Shown here: in pieces, positions 25,500-32,000 of the stretch
Layout of the letters: the number at the start of each line of letters is the position of its first letter
Numbering within the stretch: the first letter of the stretch is position 1
NCBI GenBank assembly: GCA_900234795.1
Contig: LT962688.1
Location: 4,530,001-4,562,000, forward strand
Length of the DNA: 32,000 bases
Direction: 5' to 3'
Origin: Methylorubrum extorquens
GTDB lineage: Bacteria; Pseudomonadota; Alphaproteobacteria; Rhizobiales; Beijerinckiaceae
Translations under genes and position numbers: made by a program
Notes under the pieces: generated by a model
Database searches by the model: none
The model's input: only the letters and a program-made list of their open reading frames with translations
What the model was told of the DNA's origin: nothing

Positions 25500-25993
25500 G
25501 CCACGGACGCGGCGCAACGCCCTACGCGTTCATCTGTCAGGCCCGGACGAAGGAGCCCGAGCGCTTCAGGCTTGAACCGTCACACCACATCCCGGGACCG
25601 GATGCTCGCCTGGGACCTGCACTTTGTGGACGCCACCGTGGTGCGCGCCCAGCAGCAGGCCGCCGGGGCACGCCGGTCCGGCGTCATCGAGAGGTGAGGC
25701 CACGGTCGAGGGCGGGGACAAGCCGATTACGGCAGTGTTGACAGCGGGCGAGCGCCACGAGCCGTTTGCCTTGGACGTGCTGATGGGCAAGCGGGTAGTG
25801 CCAAGGCAAGGGCGCAGCCGACCGCGTCCGCGACGGACAGCAGGCGATCGGAGCTACTCCAGTCCGCCAGCGCGGCGGCGCCTCAGGCATCGCCGGATCG
25901 AGCCGGTGATCCTCACCCGCAAGGATCAGCCGTGCAAGCCCGCGGCTCACGCAGTCCCGCCGCGTCGCCACCCGCTACGAGAAACGGGCCGCG
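25500..25993 (+). mobile_element. IS5-family transposase remnant (internally deleted, 3'-truncated)
   Basis: Fragments in shifting frames: ...EPERF..., DLHFVDATVVRAQQQAAGARRSG, GGDKPITAVLTAGERHEPFALDVLMGKRVVPRQGRSRPRPRRTAGDRSYSSPPARRRLRHRRIEPVILTRKDQP, and RVATRYEKRAA. The family-typical continuation is lost after about 25993, where the GC content collapses. Confidence 0.65.
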
Positions 25994-26139
25994 CTCAGCA
26001 AATTCTTTGAAATACCTGTACTCAAATATGAGCTGTCGTAAGATCGCGCTAGAATTTGTAGGGTTGACAGTTGTGAGCCCCGCCGCTCAGTGACATCGCA
26101 ATGGAAATGGCGGCGACTCGTGCGGATGCGATATTCATA

Positions 26140-26973
26140 TCATCCCCCTATTTCGCTTAGATCGAGAAGCTTGAATTTTGCATAGAATCCAAGTAAGCCG
26201 ATGCTCCATTTATATGTACCAATTCCTTGTTTATCTAGTTCTTTGGCGTGCTCGAAATCATAGCTGTAATTCATAAAATTACCGTGAAATTCACCATCTT
26301 TGTACATATCGTATGAAACGCCAGTGTAGTTGAGTCCAATCTCGTCTTCAGGGCGGATGAATTCAATCGATCCATCCATGATAGCTTGGCGAGCGGACAT
26401 CTCAGTTTGGTATCGTCTGGTGATTTGATCGAGATCCGTCCTTGATACCAAGGTTTTCCCATCCTCAGATTGGGAAAATTGCGTAGTTGGACCTTGAATT
26501 GCATTTTTGTAGTATTTATATGTTTGGTCTGCATCGGAAGATTGCAGATTGTATTCTAGGGTTTTGCGAGCTTCCGCTTCAAAATCGGACTGGCTTAGTT
26601 TAGGTGCATAATGTGCGATCCAGCCCGTGGCACCCAGCGCCCGCATTGCAGCTTCGTCTTTCGCCAAAATTGGCTCGTGAAGTTTATTGGCGGGCATTGT
26701 ACGTTCTGGTCTGTAAGACCATTTTGTGACTTCAGCCGATGGTTTTGCGTAGTCCGCCAGCTTATCAGATTCTGTTATTTGGGCAATAGGATCTAGGGCG
26801 CGAATGGATACAGTTTTAGAGAATAGTTGTGATGCATCAACGACTGTGCCGGGCGCTGGAGCCGATGCTCCATCCGAGTTTTTATCAACGAGGATTTTGA
26901 GTGCAGTCGTAGCTGAGGCGACTTTTGCGCCGGAAAATGAAGCGCTTGCGATCATCGGCGGCTGTCCGTTCAA
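26140..26973 (-). CDS. Hypothetical protein (orphan) in a low-GC islet
   Basis: It is the only long ORF in a roughly 40-45% GC segment. It has a TTG start at 26973, and ATG 26955 (MIASASF...) is an alternative. The 277-aa product is hydrophilic and rich in Tyr/Lys/Asp/Glu (…YKYYKNAIQGPTTQF…YDMYKDGEFHGNFMNYSYDFEHAKELDKQG…). I recognise no domain and no signal peptide. The antisense ORFs here are short. Confidence 0.6.
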   Translation of the reverse strand: MNGQPPMIASASFSGAKVASATTALKILVDKNSDGASAPAPGTVVDASQLFSKTVSIRALDPIAQITESDKLADYAKPSAEVTKWSYRPERTMPANKLHEPILAKDEAAMRALGATGWIAHYAPKLSQSDFEAEARKTLEYNLQSSDADQTYKYYKNAIQGPTTQFSQSEDGKTLVSRTDLDQITRRYQTEMSARQAIMDGSIEFIRPEDEIGLNYTGVSYDMYKDGEFHGNFMNYSYDFEHAKELDKQGIGTYKWSIGLLGFYAKFKLLDLSEIGG

Positions 26974-27070
26974 CTGGCGGATTTTAGATGTGAGCCTGCC
27001 GATTGAAGTCAGGATTTGATAAACGGCGGTTAATTTTCATTTCCTGTAGATAGACACATGATTCGACTAG

Positions 27071-27195
27071 GGCTTACTGTCACTTGATCCACTCGAGTGT
27101 GGCGGCAAGGCGGAGGACGGCTGTGAAGCTGACGGCGGTTTTCCCGTATCGGGTGGCGACGGCGCGCCACTCCTTGAGGCGGGCGCACAGTCGGC
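27071..27195 (-). mobile_element. IS5-family transposase 3' end fragment with an apparently intact element terminus
   Basis: The minus strand reads ...LCARLKEWRAVATRYGKTAVSFTAVLRLAATLEWIK* (stop at 27080-27082). It is followed by the terminus GGATCAAGTGACAGTAAGCC, ending at 27071 next to CTAG (27067-27070). The remainder of the transposase is absent. The GC cliff coincides with this terminus. Confidence 0.55.
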
Positions 27196-27559
27196 ACGGC
27201 GCTGAACGCCCTTGAGGCGATCCGCAAGGAGATGTCGGCCGAGGAGAAGCGCGAGGGCGCCGCCCTGTTTCACGAGCACGGGATCGACGAGGCCGGCGAC
27301 ATCTGGCTGTGAAAGCCAGCGGTCTCGCTCGCCGCCGCCGCGATGGTGCGCGACTGGATCTGCACCCGCCAGGGCGCCGCGGCGCTGGTGGGCGAAGGGC
27401 GTCAGGTCTTCCTGTTCCGCCGCGGACCAGCGAGCGCGGCTCCGGACGCGGATTAGGCGTGTGGAGCCGCCGAACCGGTCTCCCAAGGTGCAGCCTCTCA
27501 CGTGCGGCGGATCGCCGGTCCGTGCGTTGTCGTCGGCCGACCGTGCCCGGAGCGCCTTG

Positions 27560-27883
27560 ATGTTCGTTCGTGCCGTCCTCCTCATCCCCCTGCTCTTGGC
27601 CTTCTCCGCCGGGGCCGAGGCTGCCGCGTTCGACGATCTGAAGGACGATCTCTCGGCCTGCCTGCGCTTCGAGATGGGCGCGCCGAAGGGGCCGCGCTCC
27701 ATGCCGATGATCGGCACGCCAGGGCTCGCGCTCCGGAAATGCGCTGGCGAGATGGACCGGCTCGAAAGGGCGGACCCGCGCCGGCTCAGGAGCGACCACG
27801 GCCTCAGCCCCTCGACCTGGGCTGTGATCGAGAGCGTGTTCGGAGCCGGCGGCCGCGGGCGCTTGGCCCGCGCGCGGTTCTGA
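27560..27883 (+). CDS. Small secreted hypothetical protein
   Basis: This is the inner part of ORF 27212..27883. ATG 27560 has GGAG 7 nt upstream. The signal peptide is MFVRAVLLIPLLLAFSAGAEA/AAF, there are two Cys residues, and third-position GC is high from this ATG onward but not upstream of it. Confidence 0.55.
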   Translation: MFVRAVLLIPLLLAFSAGAEAAAFDDLKDDLSACLRFEMGAPKGPRSMPMIGTPGLALRKCAGEMDRLERADPRRLRSDHGLSPSTWAVIESVFGAGGRGRLARARF

Positions 27884-27895
27884 TCCCGAGCGGCG

Positions 27896-28858
27896 TCAGC
27901 CGCCGAACTGGGGCAGCACGCTGCGGCCGAAGGCGTCGATGAAGGCGTCCTGACGGGTGCCGACCTGATGGACGATGATCTCGGCAAAGCCCATCTCGGC
28001 CAGTTCCGCGAGCCAAGCGGCGTGCTGTTCGAGATCGTCCGAGATCCGCACGCAGGCATGCATGTCCTCGGGGCGGACGAAGCGGGCGGCGGTCTCGAAA
28101 TCTTCCGGGCGGCGCATCTCCCAGTTCACCTCGCCCTCGATGGCGTTGCTCGACCATTGCGCATGCGCCTCCGCAAGCGCACGGGCCGGGTCGGGGTCCC
28201 AGCAGACCTTGGTCTGGAGGAAGACCGGCTTGCCCGCGCCGCCGCCCTCGCGGAAAGCCTCGACCACCGGGCGCAGCTTGTCCGGCTCGATCCCGACAGT
28301 GACAAGGCCGTCGGCCCAGGCGCCGAGGGCGCGAGCGGTCGCCGCGGTGGCGGCCCCGCCGATCAGGAGCGGCGGGGTCTTGGGCCGCGAGTAGAGCTGC
28401 GCGTCGATCACCGTGACGCGGCCGCGATGGGTCACGGTTTCGCCGGCCAGCAGCGCCCGAATGACCGCGGCGCATTCGGCGAGCCGCGCGTTGCGCTCGG
28501 CCTTCTCCGGCCAGGGCAGGCCGGTGATGTCCTCGTTGAGGCGTTGGCCGCTGCCGAGCGCCAGCCACAGGCGCTCGGGAAACATCTCGGCGAGCGTCGC
28601 CGCCGATTGCGCGAGCACGGCCGGATGGTGGCGGTAGCCCGGCGCGGTGATGATGCCGAACGGAAGCCGCGTCGTCGCCAGGGCCGCCCCGAGCCAGGAC
28701 CACGCATGGCCCGAATGCCCCTGCGCGCGGCTCCACGGCTTGAAGTGCTCCGACGACATGGCGCAGGCGAACCCCGCTTCCTCCGCTGCCCGCACATGGC
28801 GCAGGAGGGCGGAGGGGGCGTGCTGCTCGTGCGAGGCGTGGTAGCCGATACGCGTCAT
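27896..28858 (-). CDS. Luciferase-like monooxygenase (LLM) family flavin-dependent oxidoreductase
   Basis: ORF 27896..28870. Start at ATG 28858 gives MTRIGYHASHEQHAPSALL, the N-terminus typical of the LLM subgroup often found next to GH15 genes. The alternative GTG 28870 forms a GTGA overlap with the GH15 stop. Confidence 0.88.
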   Translation of the reverse strand: MTRIGYHASHEQHAPSALLRHVRAAEEAGFACAMSSEHFKPWSRAQGHSGHAWSWLGAALATTRLPFGIITAPGYRHHPAVLAQSAATLAEMFPERLWLALGSGQRLNEDITGLPWPEKAERNARLAECAAVIRALLAGETVTHRGRVTVIDAQLYSRPKTPPLLIGGAATAATARALGAWADGLVTVGIEPDKLRPVVEAFREGGGAGKPVFLQTKVCWDPDPARALAEAHAQWSSNAIEGEVNWEMRRPEDFETAARFVRPEDMHACVRISDDLEQHAAWLAELAEMGFAEIIVHQVGTRQDAFIDAFGRSVLPQFGG

Positions 28859-28866
28859 TCCGGTTC

Positions 28867-30717
28867 TCACTCTCCCGCCTGGGCCCCGTCGATACGGGGC
28901 GCCCGGCGCGAATCCGTCTCACGCAGGGAGCGGTCGGCGTAGGTGCCCTGCACCGCTTCGCGCCCGCCATGCTCGTAGAGGTCGAGCATCAGCGCGCTGT
29001 GGATGAAGCCGAGATGGCTGAAAGCCTGCGGAAAGTTCCCAAGGAAGGTGTCGTCCTCCGCGATTTCCTCGGCGTAGAGGCCGACATCGTTCTGCAGCGC
29101 GCGCAAAGCCTGGAAGCAGGTGCGCGCCTCCTCGTCCCGTCCGAGCCAGAGCAGGGCGTCCACGAGCCAGAAGGCGCAGAGCAGGAAGGTGCCCTCGTGG
29201 CCGGGCAGCCCGTCGTCGTTCTTGTAGCGGTAGACGAGGGGGCCGTGGCCGAGGCGCTCGATCACCACATCGACGGTGCGTGCGAACACCGCTTCGTCCA
29301 CGGGGAAGCCGACCATCGGCGCGATCAGGAGGGCGGCATCGACGTCGTCGCCGCCGATATATTGCGGGTAGTATCCGTCGCGGTGGATCGCCTCGCCGTT
29401 GACGCAGGCGACGATCCGGTCGCGCTCGCGGCACCATTCCTCACGCGCGCCGAACAAGTGGATTGCTCGGTCGAGGGCGACCCAGTTCATGATCGCCGCG
29501 TGCAGGTAGCGCTCCTCGGGCTTACGCGGCTCCCACAATCCAGCATCGGGCTCGTGCCAGTGGGCCGCCGAGACGTCGGCGAGCCGCGCCCCGTGCTTGC
29601 GCATCGCCTCCGGCATCGTGCCGCCCAAGCGCTCGAAGAGGTAGAGCAGGTCGAGCACTTGGCCGTAGGCGTCGGCCTGATGCTGCTCGGCCGCCTCGTT
29701 GCCGTGGCGCACCGGGGTGCTGCCGCGCCAGCCCTCGAAGTGATCGATCTTGATTTCCTCGAGCTCCGCCTCGCCCGAAATGCTGTAGAGCGGCTTCAGG
29801 CGGCTCTCTTCCCGCTCGCACAGCTCGGTGACGAAGCCGAAGAAGGATTCGGCCTCGCGGCTCATCCCGAATTTCTTCAGCACGTAGAAGGACAGGCAGG
29901 CGTCGCGGATCCAGCAGAAGCGATAGTCCCAGTTGCGGATACCGCCGATCTCCTCCGGCAGGGAGGTGGTGGCTGCGGCGATGATCGCGCCGGTGGGCTC
30001 GTAGGTCAGGGCCTTCAGCACCAGCGCCGAGCGCATCAGTTCGTCCGCCAGCGGCCCGACATAGGCCGCATCCTCCGTCCACAGCACCCAGGCGCGGCGC
30101 GTCTCCTCCATCAGGATGCGGGCGTCCGGGCAAGTCTCGGGGGGCGTGTCGAGATAGAGCGCGAAGCTGCAGGCCTGCCCGCCCTCCAGGGTGAAGCGCG
30201 CGGCGGCCAATTCGCCCTCCGCGGCGAACGCGGCATCCGAGACGAGGCCGGGGCAGCCCGGCGCGGTGACGCGGTGGCCCTCGACGGCGAGCGGCGCGAA
30301 GTCCTCGGCGAAGCCTGCGAGCGGGCGGTACTCGGCGATCATCGAGACGCAGCCCGACACGCCCGTGACGAGGCGCACCAGAAGAGGCCGGCCCGCGCCG
30401 CCCTCCGGCCCGACCATGAAGTCGTGAAGCGTCACGAAGCCGGTCTGCGTGGTGAAGGTGGTCTCGAGGATGTTGCTGCGGCTCAAATATTGCCGCACGG
30501 TCTCGAAGCGCTCGGTCGGCCGGATCGTGAAATGACCGCCGCGCGTCTTATCGAGCAGGCGCGAGAAGGAGGGGGCGGCGTCGAAGCGCTCGAGGCAGGC
30601 CCAGTCGATGCCCCCGTCGCGCGCCACCAGCGCACAGCCCTCGCAATTGCTGAGGAGCGCATAGGCCTCGATCGGCTGATAGGGGCGGGTCTGCGGTTCG
30701 GACATCGTCTCGGACAT
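28867..30717 (-). CDS. Glycoside hydrolase family 15 protein (glucoamylase/trehalase-related)
   Basis: ORF 28867..30771 trimmed to ATG 30717 (AGGAA 6 nt upstream). The N-terminus YQPIEAYALLSNCEGCALVARDGGIDWACLERFDAAPSF and the motifs NWDYRFCWIRDA and EGTFLLCAFWLV are characteristic of bacterial GH15 proteins. Confidence 0.9.
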   Translation of the reverse strand: MSETMSEPQTRPYQPIEAYALLSNCEGCALVARDGGIDWACLERFDAAPSFSRLLDKTRGGHFTIRPTERFETVRQYLSRSNILETTFTTQTGFVTLHDFMVGPEGGAGRPLLVRLVTGVSGCVSMIAEYRPLAGFAEDFAPLAVEGHRVTAPGCPGLVSDAAFAAEGELAAARFTLEGGQACSFALYLDTPPETCPDARILMEETRRAWVLWTEDAAYVGPLADELMRSALVLKALTYEPTGAIIAAATTSLPEEIGGIRNWDYRFCWIRDACLSFYVLKKFGMSREAESFFGFVTELCEREESRLKPLYSISGEAELEEIKIDHFEGWRGSTPVRHGNEAAEQHQADAYGQVLDLLYLFERLGGTMPEAMRKHGARLADVSAAHWHEPDAGLWEPRKPEERYLHAAIMNWVALDRAIHLFGAREEWCRERDRIVACVNGEAIHRDGYYPQYIGGDDVDAALLIAPMVGFPVDEAVFARTVDVVIERLGHGPLVYRYKNDDGLPGHEGTFLLCAFWLVDALLWLGRDEEARTCFQALRALQNDVGLYAEEIAEDDTFLGNFPQAFSHLGFIHSALMLDLYEHGGREAVQGTYADRSLRETDSRRAPRIDGAQAGE

Positions 30718-30765
30718 GGTCGTTCCTGGGGCGCCGCAGGCCGGCCGCCCGGTTTCGGGGCTCGA

Positions 30766-30809
30766 GCGCATTCCGACGACGTGGTGGCCGGGTCGTCGAA
30801 AGAATGCGC
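30766..30809 (-). other. Long interrupted stem-loop between the SMP-30 and GH15 genes
   Basis: GCGCATTC-CGACGAC (30766-30780) pairs with GTCGTCG-aaa-GAATGCGC (30792-30809). That makes 15 bp of pairing with a 3-nt bulge and an 11-nt loop. No U-tract follows on the transcribed (minus) strand. Confidence 0.35.
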
Positions 30810-30874
30810 GTCAAAACAAGGATCGAGAGGCGCCGGCCTGATGTCATCAGGTCGGAGACGGCTCTAGGAAGAGG

Positions 30875-31792
30875 TCAGGCGCCGAGGCGGAAGGCCGGCT
30901 CCACCAGGCCGCGGACGCCGATATCCACGAGCAGGGTGCGCCCGTGCTCGGGGTCCTCCGCCCGGGCGGCCTCGTCCATGCCCTCGTAGGCCGTGGTCAG
31001 GAGGAGCCGGTCGAGGTCGTGTCCGGCGAAGGTCGGGCAGGTGGGCTGGCGCACCGGGACGGACACGGTGCGCACCCGCTCGCCCGCCGGGCTGTAGGCA
31101 TCGAGGCAGGCGCCGCCGAAGCGCGCGGTCCAGATCAGCCCCTCGGCATCCACCGCCGCGCCGTCGATCCCGCCCTCTCCGTCGCTGTGATCGTAATGGG
31201 TCTCGGGCGCGCTCACGGGCAGGCCGGTGGCGGGGTCGAGCGCGACGCGGCGCAGGATGCCCTCGTCGGTATCGACGAAATAGCCGGTCGCGCCGTCCGG
31301 CGAGAAGGCGATCCCGTTGGGGATCGACAGGCCGGAGAACAGCCGCGTCACCCGCGTGCCGGCAACGTGGTAGATCGCGCCGCGTCCGGTCTCGGCGTCC
31401 CGGCCCATGGTGCTGATCCAGAGCGCGCCGCTCGGATGGACCCGGCCGTCATTGGAGCGCGTGCCGGCATCCTCCGCTTCCAGCGGGCAGAACAGGCTCA
31501 GTTGCCCGTCGCGGATCGTACGGATGTAGAGCCCGTCCTCCGCCGAGAGGAGTTGCCGCTCGGCGTCGATGGCGGCGACGTCGCTCGCCATGAACGGCAG
31601 GGCGTGCAGCTTCGCCGGGCCGGCGCCCTCGCTCAGGGGCAATTCGAACAGGCGGTTCTCCAGGATATCGACCCACCACGCCGTGTCGGTCGCCGGATCG
31701 TAGCTGGGCCCCTCGCCGAGATGGCAGCGGGACGGATCGAGGACGCGGATCGACGGAGATGCGGCCAAATCGGGACATTCCTCTGAAATCAA
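30875..31792 (-). CDS. SMP-30/gluconolactonase/LRE-family protein
   Basis: ORF 30875..31792 (TTG start; the exact start is uncertain). Motifs CHLGEGPSYDP, WWVDI, SNDGRVHPSGALWISTM, PNGIAFSPDG and GIDGAAVDAEGLIW fit the six-bladed beta-propeller lactonase family. Confidence 0.86.
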   Translation of the reverse strand: MISEECPDLAASPSIRVLDPSRCHLGEGPSYDPATDTAWWVDILENRLFELPLSEGAGPAKLHALPFMASDVAAIDAERQLLSAEDGLYIRTIRDGQLSLFCPLEAEDAGTRSNDGRVHPSGALWISTMGRDAETGRGAIYHVAGTRVTRLFSGLSIPNGIAFSPDGATGYFVDTDEGILRRVALDPATGLPVSAPETHYDHSDGEGGIDGAAVDAEGLIWTARFGGACLDAYSPAGERVRTVSVPVRQPTCPTFAGHDLDRLLLTTAYEGMDEAARAEDPEHGRTLLVDIGVRGLVEPAFRLGA

Positions 31793-32000
31793 CGACCGTT
31801 GACGTCTGTCGAAAAGAGAAGTTCCGCGGGTTTTACGAAGACTTAGACCATGATCTGAGCTTGCCTGTGCTACGTCTGGGGCGGAATTTTCATCCGCCCA
31901 CGTCGTTCCGCTGGGGCTTTGCAGCCCATCGCCGGGCCGTTCCGCCGTCGCACTCGCCCCGGCGGGTTTCAGCGCCTAGAACGCTTCGCGAGCGCCCGCT

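Noticed and set aside
26611-27019. Plus-strand ORFs 26611..26796 and 26804..27019 in the low-GC islet
   Set aside because: They are short, antisense to the much longer 277-aa ORF, lack RBS-like sequences and have Cys/Phe-rich odd composition.
27309-27560. 83-aa ORF coupled by GTGA to the orphaned gene tail
   Set aside because: It has poor third-position GC, an Arg/Gly/Pro-rich translation and no motif. It is probably non-coding spacer upstream of the small secreted protein gene.
24090-31786. Antisense or off-frame ORFs in the right half (24090..25310+, 23908..25080-, 27067..28059-, 27804..28970-, 27968..28942+, 28969..30867+, 30944..31786+)
   Set aside because: The reasoning is the same. 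Each is opposite or overlapping a well-supported gene (porin, LLM oxidoreductase, GH15, SMP-30) and has junk-like composition.
31976-32000. Possible stop codon and last codons of a minus-strand gene at the window edge (…EAF*)
   Set aside because: Only about 7 codons are visible, which is not enough to support a feature.

Overview
High-GC DNA (about 65-72% by eye) that looks like an alphaproteobacterial chromosome. The gene style, IS families and repeat motifs resemble Rhizobiales/Methylobacterium, but the taxon is only an inference. There are four blocks. (1) 0.1-10.7 kb, + strand: a three-subunit molybdenum hydroxylase (FAD, 2Fe-2S and Mo-pterin subunits), a five-gene Liv-type ABC importer, a CoxG-like SRPBCC protein and methylmalonate-semialdehyde dehydrogenase. 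(2) 11.0-16.8 kb, - strand: a five-gene peptide/opine-type ABC importer with a family-5 binding protein. (3) About 16.95-27.2 kb: an accessory mosaic full of IS debris (one IS481-like fragment, a possible IS3-like fragment, three different IS5-family fragments). It carries a 5.2-kb reading frame broken by a single TAA, encoding an amidase domain, beta-helix PATR repeats, three HYR-like tandem domains and six C-terminal repeats. It also carries an OprB-type porin and a 1.08-kb low-GC islet with one orphan gene. (4) 27.5-31.8 kb: a small secreted protein, an LLM-type flavin oxidoreductase, a GH15 glycoside hydrolase and an SMP-30/gluconolactonase protein. I saw no rRNA, tRNA or CRISPR array. At least seven +1 frame breaks sit exactly in C/G homopolymers. 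This looks more like a sequencing artefact than independent gene decay, and it changes how the two transporter operons and the Mo-enzyme should be annotated. I do not see a recognisable multi-gene defence, secretion or biosynthetic system. The best candidates for novelty are the split amidase/adhesin-like giant gene and the low-GC orphan gene. All family calls come from motif recognition by eye; no searches were run.
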